Below are positions 35,851-48,200 of a DNA stretch of 64,000 nucleotides, piece by piece (positions within the stretch are counted from its first letter, which is position 1; every line of letters begins with the position of its first letter). The notes beneath the pieces were generated by a model. It was not told where the DNA came from. It did no database searches and saw only the letters and a program-made list of their open reading frames with translations. Both the position numbers and the translations under genes were made by a program. Source of the DNA: Eledone cirrhosa (Eukaryota); assembly GCA_964016885.1 (NCBI GenBank), contig OZ024743.1, forward strand, positions 327,298,001-327,362,000, in the 5' to 3' direction.

Positions 35851-38800
35851 AATAATTACATTAAGAGTACATGTGTCTGTGGAATACACAGCCACTTACA
35901 CATAAATTTTAGAAACAGGCTGTTACAATGATTAAACAACTGGAACACTCATCCTTGAAACTGGTGGAGGTCTATTCCATTTCATGTATGTATATATTTA
36001 TGTACGTATTTGTATAGCCTTCCCATGTGCACAGGATGAAACAAATGTTTAGAGGATGCTAGTCTGTACCAATCTCCCCCCTATCTCTCTTCCATTCACC
36101 CTTCCCAATTTTAATACTCTGCCCTCATCAGTTAAATATCTCATTCACATCGTCCATGTCTAACTTGCATACTCATTCCCTTCCCCACCATCCACACTCC
36201 TGTCCTGTTCAACGAGCATGGACAGTTTGACATGCTCCAAATTTTGCTCTTCCACCTTCTGATAATGCTGCTACCATGACACTTTGTCCACCGTTTGGCA
36301 ATCTGGTGTCACAACAAAAGCACCCAGTCAACCCTGTAAGGTGGTTTTGATGGTGACATGACAAAAATCATCCAGTACATTCTGTTACATGGTCATTTTG
36401 GTACCAGGATAAAAAGCACCCAGTCCACACTGTAACATGGTTGGTGTGATGAAAGGCATCCAGCTATAAAACCAAGCCAAAATACAGATCTGTATCAGCA
36501 AGACATGGTTACCTGACCTGACTTGTCTCATAACGTGACAACTTGTCAAACTCAGGGAAACATGGAAAATGGATGTTAAATGATGATGATGCTGATGACA
36601 TATTTTGCTGATGTATATCACTGAAGTCTACAAATAAAGTGGAGGAACCTGAAAAACTGATACATTAGAAGCAGTATTTAGGGACAGACCACTGTTAGAA
36701 ATACTGTGAACCAGTGATTGGTTCATTGGAAATCTATAACCAATGATAATCCCCCCCACCACCACCGTTGCCGGTGCTGCCGCCACCACCGCCACCACCA
36801 CCACAAACAACAACAACAAACAAGAAGTTTGATAGCAAATGGCCTAGCTTCACGGCTTGTATTTTTTAGTTCATTTACAGAATTCAAAGAAGAGAAATTT
36901 GTTTCCTTTTAACCTGAAAATTTCACACACAATATATCTAAAACTATAAATATTTAATACCTTTGTCTGTAATCTTTCTCGGTAAACATGCATTTACAAT
37001 GCATATGTTTGGGCATGTATATCATCATCATCACCATCATCACTATTTAAAATCCGTTTTCCACACTTGATTGGGTTTGTTTGGAAGGTCAGACAACTGT
37101 GTACTACTCATGCATTCTATTTTGGCATGGTTCCTACAACTGAATACCCATCCCAATGTCAACCCCTTCACAGTGTGTGCCTCCTTCTGATTTTCTTTGT
37201 ATTCTTCTATACTGTTCATCCCATGACTATATCTTTCCTTTTATTTCTTTTATTCATTGACGGTACAACAACCTTTCAAGTTTTTGATATTCTAAATGCA
37301 AACATACTTAGTATACTTTGTAGAGTGTAGGAACATATGTAAGCAAGATGCAGGCCCTCACCTCATCTGAGAGGTCAGTAGCTATGATTAAATATTGACT
37401 TGGTCTATGACAACACATCTACCTAGTAAAGAGAATGGATATTATATAATGATGATGATGATTAGTATATGGTTATATTCTATTGATACTTATCATTTAC
37501 TATATCTAATTTGTATGTCTAGAAAAATAACATTCAATGTAAAAATATCATCATCATCATCATTTAATGTCCATTTTCGTTGCTAGTATAGGTTTGATAG
37601 ACCAAGTCAGCATTCAACCAAAGTCACTGCCCTCACAGGTAGGCCAGGAGCCACATGTCACTTACATATTTTCCTACATTTTACAGAGTGTAATGGGTGC
37701 ATTTTATTGTGGGACCAACACTAGGGATGCTGTTGTGCATTTAATATATGTGTGTGTGTGTGAATCATCATCATCACCGTTTAACATTCATTTTATCATG
37801 GGTTAGACGAGGTGACCATGTCTTGCTCATACAGAACTGTTTCTGGCTTTGTTTCTATGGCTGGATGCCCTTCTTAATGCCAACCACATTTACAGTGTGG
37901 ACTTGGTATATTTTATCATGTCACCAACACAACCAGTGTGAACTGGGCGCTTTTTGTCAAAACACCAACATGACCACTTCACTGCGTGGACTGGGCGCTT
38001 TTTGTTGTGACACCAACACGACCACTTTACAGTGTAGACTGGCTGCTCTTTTGCTGCGGTTCCAAAATGATCACTTTACGGTACATATTATAAAACATTA
38101 TTTCATACAGTTTTAACCTAAATCCTGGAATTATCAGACTTTGTATTAATATATGGAACAGTTTGCTTTATGACTCACTTACAAAGAAAATAAAGATTAA
38201 AAAAGTACTGAAAAAATACTAAAAGCTTTTGAATCATAAATAAACATTACTGAATACATTTGTAAACAATTTTCTAACTTATAATTTTTTTATACACATG
38301 TTGCGAGTGAATGCTGCTCTGATTGATTGGAAAATGATTAAAAATATATCAGAATTCTTCTTAATAAAGGCATATTGAATTTACTAGAACACTACTGAAT
38401 TTGTCTTGAAAGGTTAGCATTCATGTAAGAAATTAATTCTTTTTTAAAACATTTATAGAATTCTGATGTCTTAAGTACTCTGAAACATCTATAAAATGAA
38501 TATGATGGGTGGTAAGACACTCTCATGAGAGCTGAATAGCAGAAGGTCTTCAGAGAATTCAATTTTTTAAATATGATATAACTAATCAGGCATATTAAAT
38601 AAGAACAAATGAATAAGTGAACCCAATTTTAATTAATTTGATACTATTATTGAACATATTCTTTTGAACATATTGAACATATTTAAAAAAAAAATACTTT
38701 AATTCTAAAAAGTATTACAAAAATGAGTACAAAACCAGAGTGTTGGGAATAAAATCATTTTTATAACAGATGAAAACTAGATTTGAAACAATAAAGAAAT

Positions 38801-39484
38801 GACATTGAGAATTGAAATTAATGTAGCTTTAGGAAGTCTGCACACTGTCATGACAGCATCTCAAGATGTGCATTGTCTGTGACTTTACCAGTAGGACATA
38901 AATAAAGAGATTGAGGTAGGGGTTCAACCCTTGAGCATCCTACATAAAATTGACCATGAGCAAAGTAGGAGTCCTGTTTCTCTGTTTCTGCTGCTCTTAG
39001 AGCTCACTTACATTTAACAGCAGAAGAGGGTGGGAGTGTAGAATATGTTTTCCATGGTAATATTGATGAAAACATCATTAAGAAAAAAAAAAAATTTTAA
39101 GTTACAAAGAAACTAAAGAAATATAACTTTAAACAGAAACACAATTGTAAGTTAAAAGAAAATGCAAATATGAACAACGATCATTTAATTTGAGTTACAG
39201 AAGATATCAATATATAAATAAACTACACAGATCGACAGCTCAGACTAATTTCAAGAATAGGAGATAGATAGAGTGGGAGATATAGAGCGAGGGAGAGAAA
39301 ATAAAGAAAATAATTGTTTCTACTTTTGGCACAAGGCCAGCAATTACCCAGTGTATTACTGGTACTTTATTTTATCGAACCCGTAAGGATAAAAGGCAAA
39401 GTTAAACTTGGTGGGAAAAAGAGAGATAGGAAAGCAGGAGACTCGGAGTAAGATGTAAAAGGATGAGCCTGAAGGTAAATGAAA

Positions 39485-40317
39485 GTGACGAAGAGTGGAC
39501 ATTGGACTGTTCAATATAATCAACTGTTCCCACAATAGTTTCTGTCCTTTTGCCTATGTAAAAATAATACAAAGTGACAATGGAAGAGTGGACATTGGAC
39601 TGTTCAATATAATCAACTGTTCCCACAATAGTTTCTGTCCTTTTGCCTATGTAAAAATAATACAAAGTGACAATGGAAGAGTGGACATTGGACTGTTCAA
39701 TATAATCAACTGTTCCCACAATAGTTTCTGTCCTTTTGCCTATGTAAAAATAATACAAAGTGACAATGGAAGAGTGGACATTGGACTGTTCAATATAATC
39801 AACTTTTCCCACAATAGTTTTTGTCCTTTTGCCTATGTAAAAATAATACAAAGTGACAATGGAAGAGTGGACATTGGACTGTTCAATATAATCAACTTTT
39901 CCCACAATAGTTTTTGTCCTTTTGCCTATGTAAAAATAATACAAAGTGACAATGGAAGAGTGGACATTGGACTGTTCAATATAATCAACTGTTCCCACAA
40001 TAGTTTCTGTCCTTTTGCCTATGTAAAAATAATACAAAGTGACAATGGAAGAGTGGACATTGGACTGTTCAATATAATCAACTGTTCCCACAATAGTTTT
40101 TGTCTTTGTGCCTATGTAAAAATAATACAAAGTGACAATGGAAGAGTGGACATTGGACTGTTCAATATAATCAACTGTTCCCACAATAGTTTTTGTCTTT
40201 GTGCCTATGTAAAAATAATACAAAGTGACAATGGAAGAGTGGACATTGGACTGTTCAATATAATCAACTGTTCCCACAATAGTTTTTGTCTTTGTGCCTA
40301 TGTAAAAATAATACAAA
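39485..40317. repeat. 93-bp tandem repeat, 9 near-identical copies
   Basis: Unit gtgacaatggaagagtggacattggactgttcaatataatcaactgttcccacaatagtttctgtccttttgcctatgtaaaaataatacaaa. Confidence 0.98.
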
Positions 40318-40437
40318 TGCAGTTTTAAGTTAAAGAAAAACAAAGCATACAGACTGACAATTAAAGAAAAACTGAAAGAATAAGAACAAAAGATTAAGTG
40401 AAAATAAAAACTGTTTTAATTAATTTGAAATGATTAT

Positions 40438-40654
40438 TTAGCATTTAAACCAGCCGTATCTGGCCAGAATTCTCTTATCTCTTTCTGTTCAAACTGGCCA
40501 TAACTGGCTGCTCATACTTATGTTAAGCTATTGTTCTCAAAATAAATAACATCAAAACCTCGTAGATTCAATATTATGTGAGATAATTATGTGAAATAAA
40601 ATGCTTACTGTGAAAAAACAATAGTAAATATAGAGTAATGTAAATGCTAAAGGG
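40438..40654. mobile_element. piggyBac-type MITE, left TIR eroded
   Basis: Ends aatgctaaaggg|ttaa. Inverted homologue of 56305-56500. Confidence 0.7.
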
Positions 40655-41274
40655 TTAAGATATTTTATCGTTTTTTTTGAAAATGTGTTAAATAATAACG
40701 GGAGGGATAAAAACGAGAGTGAAAGAAAAGAGAACGACTGTGAATTGGGGAAAAGGGTGGGTGGAAGAAAGCATGAGGTTGTAATAATATGAAAGAGAAC
40801 TTTTGCTAGCAGGGAAAAATAGATGTTAATGATGATGATGATGATGAATGGCATTGAGAGAAACTAAAATACATGAAATGGTTCCTGTGGCTGGATACTC
40901 TTCCTCACACCAACCAATTTACAGAGTGTACCAGGTGCATTTTATCATAGCACTAGCACAAGAGAAGTTGTCATATGCTCAACCAAATTGAAGACTCCCC
41001 TTTACTCTATATCAACACCATTCGATTACCACAACTTAACAGAGTGTATTTGGCCCATTTTATCATGAGACCAACACTAGAGAGGTTGTCAGGTACTTCA
41101 CTGGGCCAGAAAGTCCTCTTAACTCAATGTAGTCTTGGTCTGTTTATCCATCACTTTATGGAGGAAGAGATATTGAGAGCATTCCATTGTGACATTGGGG
41201 CTTATCTCATCTACTGCTATATATATGTATATATATATGTATATATGTATATATGTATATATGTGTATCTCTCT

Positions 41275-41329
<55 letters not shown>

Positions 41330-41332
<3 letters not shown>

Positions 41333-42265
41333 TCACCATCATTTTACATCCGCTTTTCCCTACTTGCAAGGGTGGGACGAGTCCTTTTCAGCACAGCATC
41401 TCTCCATTCGTCACAGTCCTTTGTCATCTCCTCTGTGAGCTTCAGCAACCTGAGGTCACCTCTCACCATCTCTGCCCATGTTTTTCATGGTCTTCCTCTA
41501 CTGTGTCTTCCTTCCACCGGGATTTCTTGGCACTTCTTCACGAGCGGTCATCTTTCATGCGCATCACATGTCCATACCAATGCAGTCTTCTCTCCCACAC
41601 ACTACTTATACGCAGTTTAACTCTCAACTCGTCTATGCTTGGTCATTCATGTACATTGACATTGCACATCCATCGGAGCATGCTTGCTTCATTTCTCTCC
41701 AGCTGTCGCATATCATCTGCAGTTTCTGCCCATGTCTCATTACCATGCAGCATCACGCATCTCACACAGGCATCATATAACTGACTTTTCATTCGTAGGG
41801 AGAATCCCTTCATTGTCAACAGAAGAAGCAGCTCCCTAAACTTCTTCCATCCTGTCCTTATTCTAGATACTATGGCCTCAGAGCATCCTGCTCCCTTGCT
41901 AATCTGATCACCTAGATATCGGAAGCTATCAACCACCTCTTTAGATCCTAACTGCAATTGAAAAATGTGCCTATCATTGACACATCTACATTCAAATTTC
42001 CTTGAACATCTACTGCATATGCAGTTTCCCCTTCCTGTTAGTTTGCCTGCTATCCCACTACACCCCTTGTGTACCCAAGATCTGCATTGTGTATATTCTA
42101 TAGAGTTTATGCCAACTCCTTTTCTACATATTGAACATGGCCATTTCCCTGATGGAATCAGAGTTTTGTCCTCTTTCCTACTTATCAATACTTTAGTCTT
42201 TGCTAGGTTTACTCTCAGTCCTCTTGATTCCAGTTGCTGTTTCCATAGTTGAAATTTATTCTTTA
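41330..42265 (-). mobile_element. RTE LINE 3' fragment with PHD-like finger
   Basis: GLRVNLAKTK, KWPCSICRKG...WVHKGC...CSRC, FRYLG and MLHGNETW. Confidence 0.92.
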
Positions 42266-42653
42266 GTATCGGTTGGACGTCTTTATATGTATCTATACTT
42301 GTGTAAAGATATATATATTTCTTCATTTAATTTGTAATACGGTAGAGTCAAAATTTGACCGAATTGGACTGCTTTTTTTAGTAGCACACAACCTGCCAAT
42401 GTCCACATTTCTACCCTTCTGTTGATCGCATATCACAAAATAGTTCTTCCATTTGAAATTTTCCCTGATAGTGAAGGAGGAAGAATTTTTTTGTCTTAAA
42501 TTTTCTTTCTTGACTGAGAAGTCTCCTGATGTTTGAGATTTCTCGCAATACTCTACTTGGAGTATCCTTATTTTCTCAAAGAAACTGCAGTAGAGACATT
42601 AAAATAAGTAAGTAAAGATTTTTTTCTTATCTTGTTTGCTTTTCCCAGATATG

Positions 42654-42686
<33 letters not shown>

Positions 42687-42692
<6 letters not shown>

Positions 42693-43062
42693 TAATAAAA
42701 ATAATGAATAAACAAAGAAACAGTTCCTTATATTAAAAAATTCATCATTTTACAATCGTTTCTAGGATATATATGTTAGTGTTGGTATGCATATCCTATA
42801 GATCTATGTAAAATTTTTACAAACTATCAGAAGGAATATACATACCTACACATATATATGCTGTCTTCAGAAATATTTCTGAAGACAGCATATATATGTG
42901 TAGGTATGTATATTCCTTCTGATAGTTTGTAAAAATTTTACATAGATCTATATGATATGCATACCAACACTAACATATATATCCTAGAAACGATCGTAAA
43001 ATGATGAATTTTTTAATATAAGGAACTGTTTCTTTGTTTATTCATTATTTTTATTAATTTAT
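42687..43062. repeat. 376-bp near-perfect palindrome with no spacer
   Basis: 188-bp arms, centre ttcagaaat|atttctgaa at 42874/42875; I found only two mismatches. Confidence 0.97.
42866..43008 (+). ncRNA. Hammerhead-ribozyme-like motif with ~100-nt stem II (mirror copy on the minus strand)
   Basis: CTGAAGA (42879), long hairpin, GAAAC-GATC-GTA (42987-42998). Stem III is palindromic (ACGATCGT); stem I is attt/aaat. Confidence 0.55.
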
Positions 43063-43219
43063 CTTGACTCTGTTTTCCTGTATTTTTCATCTAAAAAAAA
43101 TTTTTGAATACATCTTCTCTTTTCATGATATTCGGATTACATTGAGTTCTTCATATGGATTGGACACTACCGTACATTTTGGAAGATTTATCTATCTATA
43201 TATATATATATATGTATGT

Positions 43220-43864
43220 AAAAGGTAAACAGAAATAACAACACAATCGGTACAGTATATGGAAGAGATATATTAGGTTAACGCTTGATATAGCAGGAAG
43301 AGGGTCTTAACGTTTCAGATGCTAGTCCTTCATCAGAAGAAAGAATGAAAAATAAGATAGATTGAGGGGACGGGCGGGATGGAATTGGAAAAAATGTCTT
43401 TAGATAAAAATAACAGGTCCATTCATGTTGACATCTCTTGCAAAACTGTTGGTGCTGGCGTTTTGTGTATGATTTATTTTTTAGAAAAGTAAAAATGTGA
43501 TGTTATTGTTGTATCGTGTTTTGGTGAAGATGAGGTTGGAGAGATGCATGGAGGATTGGATGCATATAGGGGGGAGGAGAGGTTGGAGAAAGCGCTTGAG
43601 AGTAGAATGGAGCTGGCGGAGAAAAGATTTGAGATTGGGCATATTGAAGGTACTAGGGTGGGAGTGAAAAATAGACAGGTGAGAAGAAGAAAGTGGTATA
43701 AGAAGATTGTAGTAGAGGAAAAGTGGTAGAGAGTCGTGGAATATTTAAATGCAAGAAGCAAAGAAAATTTCAATGATACAAAAGATTTCCTGGTGGAAGT
43801 TCAGGTGTACTGGTTGGTATACAGTTTCGAGGTGAAAATCCAATTAGAAAATCCAATGAATTTT

Positions 43865-43865
<1 letters not shown>
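43220..43865 (-). mobile_element. Probable Penelope-like element remnant between (TA)n tracts
   Basis: Carries a minimal hammerhead and a pyrimidine-rich decayed reading frame. No RT motif seen. Confidence 0.45.
43305..43340 (-). ncRNA. Minimal PLE-type hammerhead ribozyme
   Basis: tctt-CTGATGA-aggactagcatct-GAAAC-GTT-aaga. Stem I is tctt/aaga; stem III is the palindrome AACGTT. Confidence 0.7.
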
Positions 43866-43915
<50 letters not shown>

Positions 43916-43979
43916 GTCCAACCCTTGCAAGCAGGGAAAAGCGGACGTAAAATGACGATAATGATGATGATATGCTAAT

Positions 43980-44812
43980 ATCGCTGTTGGCCACAAAAGG
44001 TTTCTCTCTAAAAATGAAAGGCAGATTTTATGATGTTTGTATACAAACAGCAATGTTACATGTCAGTGAGATCTGGGCATTTTGTGCAGAGGACCTGTGC
44101 AGATTGGAAAGAAAGGAACAAAGCATGCATGCTCCATTGGATGTGTAATAGTAATGGCAAAACATAAACGAACTAAGTTAGAAATTAGGAATAAGAGAGA
44201 TCAGATGCAGTTTACTTGAGAGGAGATTACATTGGTATGGTCATGTGATGTGCATGAAAGACGATAGCTGTATAAAAAAGTGCAGGGCGATCAAAATTGA
44301 TGGAAGCTATGGAGTAGGTAGACCCAGAAAAACCTGGGACAACATGATAAAAACTGACCCTTGCACACTTGCACCACTCTAAGACAATGTCACAGGATTG
44401 AGACCTTTGGTGGTATACAGCAATACAGAAGACCAGCCTTCCTTTATGTACGAAGTTAAACCTACAGTCATTAGGCACCTTCTAACCAAATATATACCCC
44501 ACCCCACTACTCCTACTCTATCCTTCCACTTCCACAACCCTTTTTCTGTAAAGTTATGTTGGTACCACAGAACATCCAGTCCACAGTAAAGTGGTCATGT
44601 AGGAGACACGGTAAAAAGGCTCTCAGTCCACACTGTAAATGTGGTTGCTGTTAGGAAGGGTATCTAGCTGTAGAAAACCTGCCAGATACAGTTGTATATG
44701 AGCGAGACATGGTCATCCGACCAATCTTGCCTCAAGTGGGGGAATCCTGTCTAACCCATATTAGCAGGGAAGATGGACGTTAAATGATGATGATGATGAT
44801 GATGATGATGAT
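43980..44812 (+). mobile_element. RTE LINE 3' fragment with 3' UTR and (GAT)n tail
   Basis: Closely related to 15892-16760. Confidence 0.9.
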
Positions 44813-45424
44813 ATAAGAGAAATGAAGAAAATCCTTAATACAGTAAGATACATTTGAAAAAAGAGAAGAATGACTTCACTGGTAGTTGGTATGGTTTTAT
44901 AATCCAATGTTTTAGAAGTCATTTTTGTTATTAATCCTTGTTTTTCATCTCAATCTTTTTGAACATTGGGTTATTAAAACATACCAACCATCAGTGAAGT
45001 CATTCTTCTCTTTTTTCAAATATGTATGCAGTAATTTAGCAGACCCACCTTCTATGTGCACAACAAAAAGTATGCTGTCCCCACTGTAAAGTAGTTGAGT
45101 TGTTGTCTCAACAAAAAGCACCCAGTCCACACTGTAAAGTGATTGTGTAGGTGTTACAACAAAAAGCGCCTAGCCCATACTGTAAAGTGGTCATATCGAT
45201 TTCATGACAAAAGTGCCCAGTCCACTCTGTAAAGTGGACTGGGCACTTGTTGTCACCATCCCATGAAATAAAATATAGATACAAAAATAGTATATGGTGT
45301 GAGTTTTGTTGGACTCCTCTCTAGATATAGACAGGTACATATACAATATATTGTGTATTCTTTATGATATATGGTCCTTTCTCTCTCTCTATATATATAC
45401 ATATATGTTTTACATTTGAATTCA

Positions 45425-45815
45425 TCATCATCATCATCATCATCAATTTACGTCCACTTTTCCCTGCTTGCAAGGGTGGGACAGGAACTGATTCTGGCTT
45501 GCTTTCTACAACTGGATGCCCTTCCTAACACAAACCTCATTTACAGTGAGTGTTCGGTGCTTTTTTTCTGTGGCGCCTACACATCCACTTTACAGTGTGG
45601 GCTGGGTGCTTTTTTTGCCGTGGCACCTTCACGACCACTTTGCAGTGGAATGATAGGGAACCCAGTCCTATCATCTCATTTCTACAGCTGAGTAAACTGG
45701 AGCAATGTAAAGTGTCTTGCTCAAGGAAACAAAACAACACATCATCCGGTCTGAGAATTGAACTCACAACCTTTTGATTGCAAGGCCAATGCTCTAACCA
45801 CTAAGCCATGTGCCT
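45425..45815 (-). mobile_element. Full-length SINE family C: tRNA head + CORE-like domain + RTE 3' tail
   Basis: A box tggcttagtgg, B box gagttcaattc, ccttgagcaagacactt...cagtttactcagctg, then RTE 3' UTR subrepeats and (GAT)n. Confidence 0.8.
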
Positions 45816-46279
45816 CCATTATATGTAGAAACAATTATATATATAAACTTAGGAAAATCAACAAAGAGATGACAAGACAATGAATGAAAATAAGGTAAAA
45901 CAAAAAACAATTTTTTTAAGGAGAAAGTTAAAAAATTATTTTTTGAAAATAAAGATACAGAACTCCAAGGTCATAAGCCGTTGAGATAGACTTTGACAGT
46001 TTAGACCCCTACCAATGTTGGGGTCACAGCATCTGACACAAGTCAAAGACTGTCCTATGGAGTAAGGGATGAGGTAAAACAGCAACCGATAGCAATTAAG
46101 CTATGACAAGTACACATGGAATTTCTTGTGACGAAACTTTCGTGAGTGAAAAGAAGGGAAAAAGGAAAGGACAAAAAGCAATACAAAGAAAGCAAGATAT
46201 CCTGTTAAAAAATGTGACCCAATGAAATTAATGGTGGGGGCAGAAAGAACATGCTCATCACAGGTTAGTAATAATAAAC

Positions 46280-46490
46280 TTACAACAAGGGTGGTTAGGG
46301 TATGCCATACCCTCTCAGATGCTTTCAACATCTCAGCAACTATTTCTGATGGTCTGGCTGTTTTTCCTATCTTCATATTCTTAATTGCCTTACTTGCTAG
46401 GCTGCTGTTTGCTCATACAGCTGGACCTGGTTGGGTACATGTGGGGCAGGCTGATTGCTTCCCATGGATTTTTCTCATTCATCAGTGTAA
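46280..46490 (-). mobile_element. RTE LINE internal fragment
   Basis: MKIGKTARPSEIVAEMLKAS. Confidence 0.75.
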
Positions 46491-47904
46491 CTAAGGACAA
46501 GATAAAGACATACAGAGACACACAAGAACCAAACCAATAAACCAAACCAAACTCACACGGATAAAACAGGCAACCAACTAGCGACAAGTAAATAATCACA
46601 TAAATAAATAAAAACAAACACACACCTGGATATAACGCATGTGCAACCCAAGTACACAGCACACAGCTCTCAAAAACAAGATGGTGTAGGACAGAACAAA
46701 AGAGACACAAAATAACAAATTAGTCACTGAGGAGATTAAATAATGTGTGATGAAAAAACTTTGACAAGAAACAAATAAATAACCATCCAGTTATTAAACT
46801 AACCAATTGGAAGTTTATAATAAATTGAAGTGAAAACCAACAGGTGCATGTATTTTTATTGGCGGTATGACCCTCCCAAAGTATAACAATAGCTGTTTCA
46901 ACACGTGCTATCAGATAAGAAACCTTGCAAAACAAATACAAAAAACGAAGTGTGTATGTATATATATAGATACATATATATATATATGCATGCATATGTA
47001 TGTCTACTAAGAAAGATTAATGACAAAGGTATTAGATATTCCAGATATATTTTGTGTGAGATTTTCAAGTTAAAAAAAATAAATTTCTCTACTATGGAAA
47101 CATTGTAAATAAATTAGATAATATAGACCATGAATCAAGGCCATTTGTAATTGAACTCCTTTACTTATGACTCTGCATGCACATAAGCGGATGTGAAATG
47201 ATGCTGATAATGATGATGATGATATATATATATGTAGTGGTACACATTAGTAAGCAACACGCCTTTAGTTGAGTGAACAACTACTATAATTTCCCACCAC
47301 AGGTGACTCTCTCTTTTTTCCTCTCCCTATTTGTATGCTCAAGTTATTCAACTCATAAACAGTCCCACATGGGTTTGCAAATAAGCATTCTTATCTGCAG
47401 TTAGATTGTGTTTCATAATATTCTCAGGTCAGATCTATATATTTCATATTATGTCCTTTTGCTTCTTACTACATCTCTCAGAGTGCACAGGTTACATTCA
47501 ATCATGACACTGCACATGTTATGTGCAGAGTCGTGATTGATTTAAAACAATTTAAGAACTCTCCTGACCCATTATTTGGCAAGTTTTCTATGGCTGGATG
47601 CCTTTCCTATCACCAATCACTTTACAGAGTGTACTGGGTGCATTCAACCTATCACCAACACTAGATATTGTCATGCCCTTGACACAAAAGAAAGGTCCTC
47701 TCAATCCATTTTAGCATAGTTTTTACATGGCCAATTGGCACAATCATGCTCTCTAACGTCTCTGATTTCAAATCCTGCTGAAGTAAACTTTGTCTTTATC
47801 CTTTTGGATTTCACTACGAGTCTAGGATTGTGGAATTGGTAGAGCATATAACAAGATAGCATGTGGTATTTGTTCTAGTTTTGGGCATTCTGAGTCTCAT
47901 GGGT

Positions 47905-48200
47905 GATAGACTGAATCCATCAGCTAGTTTAACACCACCACATAGTTCTTGCATAGTAGACTTAATCTATCACCCAATTTAACATTACCACCTGGTTTTA
48001 GACTGGTAGACTTAATCTATCACCCAGTTTAACTACTGGCCTTTAGGTGGTGAAATTAAACTACCAGCCAGTTTAACATCAGTACCAAGTCCTTTGGTGC
48101 TAAACTTATCCAATTCCCAACTGAACTCTACCATCTGGTTTTTGGGTGGTAGATTTATTCTATCACCCAGATTAACACTACCACCTGGTCCTTGATTGCA
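47905..48200. repeat. Degenerate ~50-bp tandem repeat, about 6 copies
   Basis: Recurrent gtagacttaatctatcacccagtttaaca..accacctgg. Confidence 0.75.

Noticed and set aside
39485-40317. CRISPR-like or repeat-protein reading of the 93-bp array
   Set aside because: Units are contiguous with no unique spacers, there are no cas genes and the context is eukaryotic. The long ORFs follow from a unit length divisible by 3.
45740-45815. tRNA gene
   Set aside because: A and B boxes are present, but they continue into a SINE body and there is no complete cloverleaf; it is a SINE head.
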